The notes: a model not told the origin generated them from the letters alone. A DNA stretch of 62,873 nt, filler included, from Octopus bimaculoides (GCF_001194135.2; 6 parts of 6 records of this genome joined end to end with filler, not necessarily neighbours in it), one strand, 5' to 3'; positions 35,727-49,267 are shown, counted from the first letter of the whole stretch. Translations and numbers: made by a program.

Positions 35727-37012
35727 TCTATCTATATATATAAAAATGAGAATGTGTGTCTGTCTGTCTGTCTGTCTGTGTGAATCCCTAAAACTCGAGA
35801 ACTACGCAACCAATTTCATTCAAATTTTACACATGCCTTACTTAGGGTTCCAGTTGTGTTTTAGTCAAAAAAAATTATTAACTTCTTGCAGAGTTCGAGC
35901 ACACAGCAACATAATATCTCCTCCACTATTTAAGTATTACATGTCAAAAGTGAAACAAAAACACTCATGTCAAATACTTTCACTTTAAAAATGAAACTAT
36001 TCCACTAACTGAAACAATCACATTTCGATACTGTAGTGACAGATACNNNNNNNNNNNNNNNNNNNNNNNNNNNNNNNNNNNNNNNNNNNNNNNNNNNNNN
36101 NNNNNNNNNNNNNNNNNNNNNNNNNNNNNNNNNNNNNNNNNNNNNNNNNNNNNNNNNNNNNNNNNNNNNNNNNNNNNNNNNNNNNNNNNNNNNNNNNNNN
36201 NNNNNNNNNNNNNNNNNNNNNNNNNNNNNNNNNNNNNNNNNNNNNNNNNNNNNNNNNNNNNNNNNNNNNNNNNNNNNNNNNNNNNNNNNNNNNNNNNNNN
36301 NNNNNNNNNNNNNNNNNNNNNNNNNNNNNNNNNNNNNNNNNNNNNNNNNNNNNNNNNNNNNNNNNNNNNNNNNNNNNNNNNNNNNNNNNNNNNNNNNNNN
36401 NNNNNNNNNNNNNNNNNNNNNNNNNNNNNNNNNNNNNNNNNNNNNNNNNNNNNNNNNNNNNNNNNNNNNNNNNNNNNNNNNNNNNNNNNNNNNNNNNNNN
36501 NNNNNNNNNNNNNNNNNNNNNNNNNNNNNNNNNNNNNNNNNNNNNNNNNNNNNNNNNNNNNNNNNNNNNNNNNNNNNNNNNNNNNNNNNNNNNNNNNNNN
36601 NNNNNNNNNNNNNNNNNNNNNNNNNNNNNNNNNNNNNNNNNNNNNNNNNNNNNNNNNNNNNNNNNNNNNNNNNNNNNNNNNNNNNNNNNNNNNNNNNNNN
36701 NNNNNNNNNNNNNNNNNNNNNNNNNNNNNNNNNNNAAAAAACCTATTTGTATATGCTCCACAAGGGAAAACAAGGAACATAGTTTACAATGAGGTGTTAT
36801 AATCACAACAGCAAGAAAGTATGTACATGATCACGTTCTTTTACGAAACTTCATTGACTTTCATATATTTATATTGATATACATATATATACGTGTGTTT
36901 GGGTGCGTGTGTGTATATACATCTCTATATATAAAGATGATGCATAGTCTAGACGGCGTTTTTAGATTTCATTATTCTCTTTAACCCGGGCAACGCCGGG
37001 TATTTCTGCTAG
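35727..37012 (+). mobile_element. Non-autonomous Helitron-like element(s), partly in a gap
   Basis: 5' A|TCTATCTATATATATAAAAATGAG followed by (CTGT)n; 3' hairpin CCCGG-GCAACG-CCGGG then CTAG|T at 37009-37013. Confidence 0.65.
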
Positions 37013-37308
37013 TAGATTATAAAGAATAAAGTGAAGTGTAATTTTGATGGTACTGTCGATGAAAATAGCCAGTGCACTTGTAGTGCTAAGTAACATCCTG
37101 GTTTCTGTTCATGTATGTGCTTATGTACATGTGATGCATTTAATTTTGCTTAATCATACCAAGAGGTTGTTGAAAAAATGGGATGGAGAGGAAGTTATAA
37201 AAATTTGAGAAGCACTACTGTAAGTGGTTACTAAACCAGCTGAAAAGAGGAACTAGCAGCCAAGTTCTCGAATCACAACACTATTATCTGCAGAGGCAGA
37301 AGGACGTA

Positions 37309-37677
37309 TTAACCCTTTTCTTACCATATTTGTTCTGAGATTTGGTGGAAGATTTTAATTCAGAACTTTTGGAAACAAGACATTTGAACTACAGAACCAG
37401 AGGCAGTTTCAGCCAGGTTGGTATCAAGATGGTGAAATTAATCATTTGTTAACCCTTTTCTTACCATATTTCTCTTGAGATGCTTTGTGTTTCTTTCAAT
37501 TATTTTAAATATAACAAAGAATTTAGTAAAATAACTTAGTTAGCATTCAGCTAATGTTAGGAACATAAATTGTGACTAAAGTTTGGTGGAAGATTTTAAT
37601 TCAAAACTTATTAAAACAAGGCATTTGTACTCCAGAGCCAGAGCTGGTTTCAGCTGGGTTGGCATCAAAAGGGTTAA
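37309..37677 (-). mobile_element. Inverted copy of the piggyBac-like MITE dimer (one unit internally deleted)
   Basis: Same units and the same 12-nt spacer (ATTAATCATTTG on +) as 34243-34711. Confidence 0.78.
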
Positions 37678-37984
37678 ACAAAATAAATCAACATGTACAG
37701 TGTCCAATAGATTTTCAGAAACTGTCACAAGTGGAACACTTGTGATCATAGGTCTTCTCAATCAAGGCTGACTCGGGGCTAAACAACAACTTAAATTTTA
37801 TTTACAAAGACTGAATTACAATTTAATTACAAGGAAACAAAGACAAAAGAAAAAAAGGGGACATTAAGCAGCAGATGGGGGAAGGAAGTACACCCCAGAA
37901 CAAATGGCGTGTTCAGCCATGCCTTGTGAACATGACTGCGATTGAGAATGACCGGTGACACTTGCTGTGGCAGTCACCCCACTT

Positions 37985-38370
37985 CATCATCATCATCATC
38001 ATCATCATCATTTAACGTCCGCTTTCCATGCTAGAATGGGTTGGACGATTTGACTGAGGACTGGTGAACCAGATGGCTGCACCAGCCTCCAATCTGAATT
38101 GGCAGAGTTTCTACAGCTGGATGACCTTCCTAACGCCAACCATTCCGAGAGTGTAGTTGGTGCTTTTATGTGCTACCCGCACAAAGGCCAGTCAGGCGGT
38201 ACTGGCAACGGCCACGCTCAAAATGGTGTCTTTTACGTGCCACCTGAACGGGAGCCAGTCCAGCGGCACTGGCAACGATCTCGCTCGAATGTCCTTACAC
38301 GTGCCACCGGCACAAGTGCCAGGGCACCGGTGCTATCACGCTTTCACTTGCCTCAAAATGTCTTCGCAAG
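37985..38370 (-). mobile_element. RTE-tail-related family D element
   Basis: (ATC)n tail, TTTAACGTCCGCTTTCCATGCTAG..., internal GTGCCACC repeats. Confidence 0.85.
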
Positions 38371-38777
38371 CTGAATTTCTGTTTCCAATGAAGGAGACGA
38401 CGTTGGCATGGGTGCCATCCGTCGAATTAGTTCGATTTCACTTACCTCGACAGGTCTTCGCAAGCGGAGTTTAGTGTCCAATGTAGGAAGGTACGCATCC
38501 TGGCAGAGGCCTTGGATTTGGGAGTTAAAATATTGTTTCTAATGTAGATATAAGGCCAGCAATTTAAGAAGGAAAAAAGTCAGTCGATTACATCACCCCA
38601 CCACCAGTTCTTGGTTGGTATTTTTGTTTACCAATCTATCTAATCCTTCGGTACCTTTAGCAGAGCCTTTTCTGATGCCAGGTCTCTGGTGTGATCAGTC
38701 TTGGACACTCTGAGAAAAGGGCTTGACCATTGACTTTCCTCTTTTGATGAAATTAATTTTAAAATGCCGCACGGGCA

Positions 38778-39192
38778 CAGAGGTGACTGTGTGGTAAAGA
38801 AGTTTGCTTCACAACCACGATTTCCCATGTTCAGTCTCATTGCATTGCACCTTAGGCAAGTGTCTCCTACTATAGTTTCAAGTTCGTGATTGGATTTGGT
38901 AGACGGAAACTAAAAGAAGCTTGTATATATGTATATATATTCTATGCATGTGTGTCTTTGTGTGTCTGCGTTTGTCCCCCACCACTACTTGACAATTGGT
39001 GTTGGTACATTTATGTCCCTGTAACTTGGCAGGTGTTGGTACATTTATGTCCCTGTAACTTGGCAGTTCTGCAATAGACATCAATGGAATAAATATCAGG
39101 CTTTAAAAATAAAAATTGACTGGGATCAATTCATTCGATTAAAATTCCTCAAGGCAGTGCCCCAACATGGCCACCGCCTAATGACTGAAACA
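38778..39192 (+). mobile_element. Family B SINE with a perfect internal 34-bp tandem duplication
   Basis: GTGTTGGTACATTTATGTCCCTGTAACTTGGCAG at 38999-39032 and 39033-39066. Confidence 0.85.
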
Positions 39193-39419
39193 TCCTAAGT
39201 TATCTCATCCAAACCCTAATTACTCTGATCCCTTTTTCTTGTTCATGTTTCCTTTGCAAGCAACAATTTGCAGAATTCCTTGTCTTCTGTTGTATAATGT
39301 GGTTTTCACTTTGATAGGTTGACTTGGTGATGCTTCCACTACCCATCCATCCGTCACCCTACCCACCACCATCAAAATAACATTGTTGAAATCGTAGTCA
39401 CGGCAGATACTGGTGTCAC

Positions 39420-39617
39420 GTAATGGCACCCATGCTGTTGGCACGTAAAAGCACCTATTGCCTTCTCAGAGTGGTTGGCATTAGGAAAGACATCCAGCCA
39501 TAGAAACCAAATCACATTAGAGTTTGGTGCAGCCCATCAGCTTACCAGTCATGGTCAAACCGTACAACCCATGCCAGCATGGACAACGATGATGATGATG
39601 ATGACGACGATGATGAT
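39420..39617 (+). mobile_element. Family D 3' fragment
   Basis: GGCACGTAAAAGCACC...AACCCATGCCAGCATGG...(GAT)n. Confidence 0.8.
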
Positions 39618-39949
39618 TGTAGCACAACCATTAACCGAATGAAGAAAAAAATCCCTCTATTTCAACTCCTTTTCCTACTAGGCAATTACGATTCTACTTT
39701 ATTCAGTTATATATTAATTAACTATGAAAAATAGTTTTACAGATTCACAAAGTTACGAAACAACTTTTTTTTTTCTTTTTAAATTATAAAAATAAATAAA
39801 TAAATTTACAGTCTGCCAACATTCGAAAGAAGCATTGGAGACAACTCGTATAAAGAACATTGCAAGGGACATGACTCTTACAGATATTTTATTTTTCCTT
39901 CGAATTTTATATGTATTAATCTGTCTTTCAATATGTAACTTAGCTATTG

Positions 39950-40140
39950 GCTCTCCGTCGGTTACGACGACGAGTTGATTCCATGTTGTTTCGATTAATG
40001 GAACAGCCTGTTCGTGAAATTAGCCTTCAAGTGACTGAGCACTCCACAGACAAGCGTAAGTCTCAGAGATTCAACGTCACGTAGAACGTAATAAGGCTGG
40101 CCGTTTGAATTACAGGTACAACTCATTATTACCAGCTCAG
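39950..40140 (-). mobile_element. Family C SINE 3' fragment
   Basis: CTCCGTCGGTTACGACGACGAG...GGAACAGCCTGTTCGTGAAATT. Confidence 0.75.
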
Positions 40141-40195
40141 TAGACTGAATTAACTAAAAATAAAGTGACTTGCTGAAGAACTATATATACATATA

Positions 40196-40273
<78 letters not shown>

Positions 40274-40424
40274 TAGGGCAGGGAATTGTCAATTAATTAA
40301 TAAATTATATATATATATATATATNNNNNNNNNNNNNNNNNNNNNNNNNNNNNNNNNNNNNNNNNNNNTTAATTAATTAANNNNNNNNNNNNNNNNNNNN
40401 NNNNNNNNNNNNNNNNNNNNNNNN

Positions 40425-40456
<32 letters not shown>

Positions 40457-41345
40457 AATAATAAATGAGTATTTGCATATATACGTACAGGTATGTGCAT
40501 ACCTACGTCTACCTGTATATATAGGTGCATATCTGGGTACAGGATATTGCAAACAAAACGTAGACAAGAAAATAACAATAACCAGAGTACAGAAAACACA
40601 CAAGCCACATAGAGAACATTTTCCTTCATCAGCTAGCCCCATTTTAACACCGGCGTTTCGACATATATGTACATACGTACATACATATGTATATATACAT
40701 GCATATATGGGTACAGGACGTCAGAAAAAAGTGAACAAAATGAGAAACGAGAACATTAGAAATGAAAGCATGAAAAACGAAATTTTTTTCGAACAATGAA
40801 AGAAACAAATAGAGAAACGAGTCAGGCAACAGAAAGAACATTCCATTTATCATTTGTCCCCTGTTTCATCGACTCCGCGTTTCGAAGGTAGGGACAAGAC
40901 GCAACTTCGTTTAAACAGTCCTTCAAGCAATGCAAATCAAATCAAATTTGGGATTTTTTGTGGAGGGTTAAAGTGGACAGTGAGAACAAAACAGAAAAAA
41001 ACAAACGCTGAGGGCTGTTAAGCCATGATGAGGTGGAGCGGTGAATGGTACATATATANNNNNNNNNNNNNNNNNNNNNNNNNNNNNNNNNNNNNNNNNN
41101 NNNNNNNNNNNNNNNNNNNNNNNNNNNNNNNNNNNNNNNNNNNNNNNNNNNNNNNNNNNNNNNNNNNNNNNNNNNNNNNNNNNNNNNNNNNNNNNNNNNN
41201 NNNNNNNNNNNNNNNNNNNNNNNNNNNNNNNNNNNNNNNNNNNNNNNNNNNNNNNNNNNNNNNNNNNNNNNNNNNNNNNNNNNNNNNNNNNNNNNNNNNN
41301 NNNNNNNNNNNNNNNNNNNNNNNNNNNNNNNNNNNNNATATATAT

Positions 41346-41392
<47 letters not shown>

Positions 41393-41414
41393 CATACATA
41401 CATACATACATACA

Positions 41415-41467
<53 letters not shown>

Positions 41468-41699
41468 GTATACACGCCAGAATTAGAAAAAAACTTAATG
41501 CTTATTTGATTACAGAAAAACCAGTTACAGTTGAGCCATTATTGACTATTGGAACGTTTAAATGATTTTCTATATACTTATGGGAACGTTTCAATGAAAT
41601 ATTTCTAGTGCAGTTTAATAATTCTGATAATGAAGTAATTATATAAATACAACATTCTCTAGATAAATTTGCCAATATTTTATGATGGTGTGCAACTGA

Positions 41700-41847
41700 T
41701 AATGCTCTAGCAGTAGCAGCAGCAGCAGAACTCTACTGCTGCAACTGGCACTGTTGTTGGCGTTAATATCGTTTTTTATCGCCGTCGTCATCATCATCAT
41801 CACCATCATCACCACCACAACAACCACCACCACAACCACCACCATCG

Positions 41848-41886
<39 letters not shown>

Positions 41887-42123
41887 TCGCCGATGTTGTC
41901 ATTATCATTGCGGACGTGGGCGTGGTCATCAAAGACGTGATCCACTTCCGCTTCCTCCTCCACGTTATTATCGCCATTTTTTATAATCATTATCATCATC
42001 AGCACTAACCATTCGTTTAGAAGAAATGGTAGGTTACTGAGAATATGGAAAGGCATCCAGTGCAGCAGTGGTCTATACCATCTCTACAAAAGGAACGAAT
42101 AAAAATGATAATGTTGCCTCAGT

Positions 42124-42195
<72 letters not shown>

Positions 42196-42631
42196 GGATG
42201 GTGATGACGAGGATTGTGATGACGAGGATTGTGATGATGTTGATGATGATGATGACGATGGTGATGATGAGGAATGTGATGATGTTGATGATGTTGATGA
42301 TGATAATGATGATGATGGTGATGATGATTATGATGACGGTGATGATGATGATGATGATGATAAATAATAATGGGGACGATGATAATGATAATGATGGTGA
42401 TAATGATGATGGTGATCATGATGATGATGACGGTGATGATGATGATATTGCTGGCGATGGTGATGAAGGTGATGAGGAGAATGATGATGATAATGATGAT
42501 GATGGTGATAATGATGATGATGACGGTGATATAGTAATGATGGTTACCTTAATGATGGTGATGATGATAACGACTATGATGAAGACGAAAATGACGACGA
42601 CAACGACGAAGCTAAATATGATGTGGTGATG

Positions 42632-42663
<32 letters not shown>

Positions 42664-42677
42664 GGTGATGATGATGG

Positions 42678-42711
<34 letters not shown>

Positions 42712-42775
42712 AATGACGATGGTGATGGTGATGATAATGATGTTGATGATGGTGATGTTGATGATGGTGATGATA

Positions 42776-42846
<71 letters not shown>

Positions 42847-43481
42847 GATTATGATCATGATGGTTGTAGTGGTGGTGATAACGATAACGACGACTGTGAT
42901 GAGGAGGAAGACTGACAGCAACAACAACAACAACAACAAAAACAACAACAACAACAACAACAATAACGACGACAACGATGATGATGATGATGATGATAAT
43001 GATAATGATAATGATAATGGCATGTTGGCTACGAGGAGAAAGAACAGAATTGGGGGGGTTCGGTGCTGGGGATAAAAGAGCAAGCATTTATGTATTTCAT
43101 GGCGATGATGATGATGATGATGATGATGCTGAATAATTCGAACACTGCAAATAACTACGATTATCATGTTCCTAATAATGATGTCAGAATCAAGAAATTG
43201 ATGACGACGACGACAACGATGATGATGCTGATGATAATGATGATGGAAATTATAATGGTTATTCTGATTACGTCAAGAAGGATTCATTAACTTGTGTGTG
43301 TGTGTGTGTGTGTTTATATTGATCCATTCTACAGATCTGAAACCAGAAACTTTTCGAGGAGGACAAGTGAGCCTCGGCCATTTTACTTCTCGAACAACGG
43401 TTCATATCTATTAAACACACAAAGACGCACAGCATTGACTATAATTACGCTCACAAGGAAAACAACGACAAAGGCACCACC

Positions 43482-43539
<58 letters not shown>

Positions 43540-43699
43540 ATAAAAATAATAATGATGATGATGATGATGGTGATCATCATCATCATCATGATCATGATGA
43601 TGGTGATGATGACAATAATGATACTGATTATGATGACGACGACGACGACGATATATGACGATAGTGACGATGATGCTGATGATGGTGATGATGATGCTG

Positions 43700-43731
<32 letters not shown>

Positions 43732-43840
43732 ATGATGATGATGATGGTGGTGATGGTGATGATAATGATGGTGATGATAATGATGATGATNNNNNNNNNN
43801 GATGATGGTGGTGATGGTGATGATAATGATGGTGATGATA

Positions 43841-43891
<51 letters not shown>

Positions 43892-45065
43892 GTGATGGTA
43901 ATAATGATAAAGCATTCTCTTGTTGGCCACGACTCTGGGGAGAGCAGAAAGGGTGGAAACGTTGATATTTATACAGCAACACTTACCGTCCCAACTGCAA
44001 TAAAAAAAAAAATAAAGAAAGATGTAACAAATGCGACAACGACAAAAGAGAAACCTCCAAGGAGGAAATATAAATAGAGGAAGAGAAAAGCAGATCTGAT
44101 AATCACGGGTGGAACGTCGGCAGTGGCAGCGCTAGGATGGAACCAACCAAATGTCAGCAACAACAACAACACCAACCGCTAACAACGTTAACAGCAGCAG
44201 CAGCAGCAGCGACAACGACAACAAGAGTAACATCAGCAGCAGTAACAACTACAACAGCAGCAACAACAACAGCTACAAGACAGACAGCAACTGCAACAAC
44301 AGCAGCAATGACAGTACAGACAACAGCAAAAGCAGCAACAGCGGCAGAAGAAGTAGAACAGCAGCAGCACCACCGCCGCCAGCAGCAGCACCACCAGTAT
44401 CACCACCAGTAGCACCAGCAGCAGCAGCACCTCCCCCCACCACCACCACCAGGACCACCATAACCATCAGCACCACCACCACCGCCATTACCACCACCAC
44501 CTTCACTCAACAACAACAACAACAATAACAGCAGCAGCACCACCTCCACCACCACCAACAACAACAACAACATCACCGCCACCACCACCACCACTACCAT
44601 CACCATCTTCACTCAACAACAACAGCAACAGCAACAACAGCACCAAGACTAGCACCACTACCTCCACTCAACAGAAACAACAACACCAGCAACATGAACA
44701 ATAAAGGAAAACAGTGTTTAGAGTGTGTGATTTCTCCTTCTGACATCAAATTACAAAGAAAGCAGACGAAGAGACAGAAATCTCAAGAATTACTTAGAAA
44801 ACCGGAAAAGAAATACCTCAAAACATATTGTTNNNNNNNNNNNNNNNNNNNNNNNNNNNNNNNNNNNNNNNNNNNNNNNNNNNNNNNNNNNNNNNNNNNN
44901 NNNNNNNNNNNNNNNNNNNNNNNNNNNNNNNNNNNNNNNNNNNNNNNNNNNNNNNNNNNNNNNNNNNNNNNNNNNNNNNNNNNNNNNNNNNNNNNNNNNN
45001 NNNNNNNNNNNNNNNNNNNNNNNNNNNNNNNNNNNNNNNNNNNNNNNNNNNNNNNNNNNNNNNNN

Positions 45066-45097
<32 letters not shown>

Positions 45098-45470
45098 AAA
45101 ATTCACCAAAAAAACAACAAAAGACGAAGATAGGTGGTGTTGAAAACAAACAGATGTATTAGTATAATGCTCGGGAATTGAAAACGTTTTTAATGTTTCG
45201 AGTCCTATTTTAGTGGTACGAGGCAAGTCCAGTTACTTCGACCCCCACACCCCCATCACTGGAATATTACATTATTTCATCGATTTTGAAAGGATTGAAT
45301 GTAAAGTTAAACTCAGCAGGATTTGAACTCAGAACATAAAGAACTAAAAGAAATATGGCAGAGCAGTTTTCGTGACATTTATAACAATTCTACCATAATG
45401 ATGATGACGACGACAACAACGATGATGGATGATGATGATGATGATGACGACGATGACGGCTGTGATGATA

Positions 45471-45511
<41 letters not shown>

Positions 45512-45530
45512 AATGATGATGATGATTATA
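41700..45530. repeat. About 3.8-kb domain of interleaved trinucleotide repeats: (ATC)n, (GAT)n, (CAA)n, (CTA)n, (CAG/CAC)n
   Basis: Direct reading; it gives spurious polyM/D/H/I/T/Q ORFs in all frames. Confidence 0.95.
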
Positions 45531-46304
45531 AAACTAAAAAAAAACAACACAATGAGAATAAGAAAGAAAAAAAAACGCAAAACAACTTGATGATGCTCTT
45601 AAGCTTTAAGAATATGGTAATAGAGAATATTATCCATAATGATGGAATCTACGCTGCAGTGGTTTAAGAAAATGGAAGAATACTGAGGTTATATTAGCCA
45701 AAAAAAAAAAAATAATAATAATCATAAATAAACGCACTCACGCACAAACATAAAAATCCCAAACGCACACTCATAATCACATACATGAATTCATATCTAC
45801 ACGCCTACACAGACATACACAAAATGGCCGACAACCCAAGAAATAATGCTTCGTACTACAAAAATTTCTTTGGTACAATGTTCTTGGAACGGAAAGAATA
45901 GCAACATCGATCTTTAGGTTGTTGTTTTTAGTTCGTTGTTTTCAATCTGTAGATGGTTATATTGTCATATTTATTTTATCGCTTAAAGAAAATTGATGTC
46001 CATTGCTTAGATTTTTCAAACGGTGAGTATTAAATTAGTTTTCTCAATGACACATGTCATAGAGAAAGCTACAAACGTCGACAGTTGAACAAATGTACGA
46101 GCACACAGACATACGTTATGTTTTATGATAAAGCATTTTATATATTTTTTTTATGTGGTTCAACACATACATACATGCATACATACATGCGCATATATAA
46201 GCATAGACGGATGGTTAGGAAATTCGTTTTGTATTCATATGATCCCAAGTTCGATCCGATTTTCAGGCATCTTGGGCAATGGCTTTTACCATAATTTAAA
46301 GGCG

Positions 46305-46432
46305 CTGGCGTGGCACTGTGGCAAGAAGTTTGCCTCACTACAATACGTTTCTGGGTACAGTGTCCCACCGCATGTCACCTTGCACAAGTATCTTCGACTA
46401 TAGCCACGAGCCGACCAAAGTTCACTTTATGT

Positions 46433-46474
<42 letters not shown>

Positions 46475-46622
46475 ATGTGTGTGTGTGTGTATGTCTGTGT
46501 GTGAATATATGTGCACATGTATGTAAGTGTATGTGAGAATTTGTGTTTGTGTGTGTCCACCACTGCCATATGACAACCGATGTTAGTATGTTTACGTCCC
46601 CGTAACTTAACGGTTCAGCAAA
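46305..46622 (+). mobile_element. Family B SINE, degenerate, with expanded (TG)n
   Basis: GGCGTGGCACTGTGGCAAGAAGTTTGC head; TGACAACCGATG...CCCCGTAACTTAACGGTTC. Confidence 0.8.
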
Positions 46623-46662
46623 ATTAACACAGCTTTGGATTTTATCTCATTATATATATATG

Positions 46663-46707
<45 letters not shown>

Positions 46708-47327
46708 ATAAATGTAAAAATAAAAGCAAGACACAAAGGATTCTGTGGTACACGTGTTTCAAGCTTTATAGTTGTTGCATCATTATTGGTATATAATTGA
46801 TAGTATAAAGCTATCTTCAGCCGCAAATTTATTCTTTCCCAAGAATTATATCACAAAGAAGAAGTTAAAAGAGGTGGAAACATGGGAGATATGTAACAAG
46901 GCTGCTATTTTTAAGAAACACCAGCTTTGCTAAAGATATGTATGAAAACACTCCCAAGCCACTTACATTAACACTCATATTTTTCACAGGTATGATTGAA
47001 AAAAAAAAACCAAGTGAAAGAAATATCGCGTCTTACCTCTGCAAAATTGGGAGAAGGAATGTCAGTTAAATTGATATCATTATTTCGAATTTAGCGTCAA
47101 AGCTTGCTTGATTCTCCTCAGCCAAGTCTGCTTGTAACAAACTCTTATATATCACTTCAACCAATGCCTATTAATATATCTATTAATTTTGCCTATACGG
47201 TTTTAGTTTGTGGCCACTAACATTAATATCTTTCATGAGATATTAAATATTGAAACACGCACACACACATCCATGCATCCATCCACCCATACATACATAC
47301 GTATGTGTATACATATATTTACACACA

Positions 47328-47366
<39 letters not shown>

Positions 47367-48079
47367 ACACACACACANNNNNNNNNNNNNNNNNNNNNNN
47401 NNNNNNNNNNNNNNNNNNNNNNNNNNNNNNNNNNNNNNNNNNNNNNNNNNNNNNNNNNNNNNNNNNNNNNNNNNNNNNNNNNNNNNNNNNNNNNNNNNNN
47501 NNNNNNNNNNNNNNNNNNNNNNNNNNNNNNNNNNNNNNNNNNNNNNNNNNNNNNNNNNNNNNNNNNNNNNNNNNNNNNNNNNNNNNNNNNNNNNNNNNNN
47601 NNNNNNNNNNNNNNNNNNNNNNNNNNNNNNNNNNNNNNNNNNNNNNNNNNNNNNNNNNNNNNNNNNNNNNNNNNNNNNNNNNNNNNNNNNNNNNNNNNNN
47701 NNNNNNNNNNNNNNNNNNNNNNNNNNNNNNNNNNNNNNNNNNNNNNNNNNNNNNNNNNNNNNNNNNNNNNNNNNNNNNNNNNNNNNNNNNNNNNNNNNNN
47801 NNNNNNNNNNNNNNNNNNNNNNNNNNNNNNNNNNNNNNNNNNNNNNNNNNNNNNNNNNNNNNNNNNNNNNNNNNNNNNNNNNNNNNNNNNNNNNNNNNNN
47901 NNNNNNNNNNNNNNNNNNNNNNNNNNNNNNNNNNNNNNNNNNNNNNNNNNNNNNNNNNNNNNNNNNNNNNNNNNNNNNNNNNNNNNNNNNNNNNNNNNNN
48001 NNNNNNNNNNNNNNNNNNNNNNNNNNNNNNNNNNNNNNNNNNNNNNNNNNNNNNNNNNNNNNNNNNNNNNNNNNNNNNN

Positions 48080-48445
48080 TCCTTACAGCGAGGATGACAT
48101 ACGAAAGGCTGGAGCATTTTGAATGGGAAACGATTCCCCACTCACTATATTCGCCGGACGTTACCCTGTCTGATTTTCATTTTTTCCACAGTTTTCAAAA
48201 TCATTTGGACGGAAAAAATATGAATTCTGTAGACGCGGTCAGAAAAGTACTGGAGGAGTATTTTTCATCACGGACTCGTGAAGTTTGGAAAAGAAGGCTT
48301 GCAAGTCTGCCAGATAGATAGATAGATAGAAGAGCTTTGTAGAAAATGGAGAGTATATTTTTGATTTAAAAAGAACTTTGTCTATCTTAATTTTGAAAAA
48401 TAAAAGAAGTATAAAATAAAACACATCATTTATGGGATGGCCCAA
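48080..48445 (+). mobile_element. Mariner transposase 3' fragment with right TIR
   Basis: FEWETIPHSLYSPDVTLSDFHFFHSFQNHLDGKNMNSVDAVRKVLEEYFSSRTREVWKRRLASLPDR matches the mariner YSPDLAPSD motif and C-terminus; TIR TTTATGGGATGGCCCAA then TA. Confidence 0.92.
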
Positions 48446-49229
48446 TAAAAATAAATATAGATGGATGAATAAAAAATTATGAATGAGTTTACATCGGATA
48501 TTTTCGTTCACACGATTCTTTTAACTGATGGGGTTTTTTTTAAATATTAAAACTGTATAAACAACTTATATAATCTGTATTATTAAAGTGCTAATGTATT
48601 AACCCTTGAAAACGTTTACTATATTATAGATTATATTTAAATATAACTACGTGGTAGAATCAGGAAAAAAACGGTTAAACACCGTCATGAATATTCTATA
48701 AATATTTCATAAAAATTTTTACATAAACATTTTAGAAAATCATTCTATATAAGTTGTCATAAAATATCTCGCATATAATAATGTTCAAATTCACCAAAAT
48801 AATATTTTCATACTTCCTTTCAATATTCCTATTTTTATACATTATTAATATTAATTCTATTACATGCATCTACTTTTGCATTTTATAGACCATAATTTGT
48901 TACAGATTTTTCTGTATACATCGTTAGTGTATACTTTATATTTCATTGTTGTATATTTTCCATTATATATATATTTCTCTATATGTTTTATACATTTTAT
49001 TTTTTACTTCTTTCAGTCATTAGACTGCAGCCATATTGGGGCAACGCCTTGAAGAATTTTAATCGAACGAATCGATTTCAGTATTTATTTTCTCTAAAGC
49101 TTCGTACTTATTCTATCGGACTATTTAACCGAGCTGCTAAGTTAAACGTATCAACATGAGCACACGCACACTCGCATGCACACACACACACACACAGACA
49201 GACAGACAGACAGAGAGACAGACAGACAG

Positions 49230-49261
<32 letters not shown>

Positions 49262-49267
49262 GTATAT

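Noticed and set aside
40600-40665. Minus-strand GAAAC...CTGATGA motifs suggesting a hammerhead
   Set aside because: No convincing stem I or II closes the core; probably a decayed Penelope-like fragment.
41639-45667. PolyM/D/H/I/T/Q ORFs up to 223 aa (look like acidic or His-rich proteins)
   Set aside because: They are translations of trinucleotide microsatellites, open in several frames on both strands, with no splice or domain support.
8197-48321. Long ORFs in the supplied track composed mostly of X
   Set aside because: They are read-throughs of N gaps. Only the mariner tail of 47305-48321 is real coding-derived sequence.
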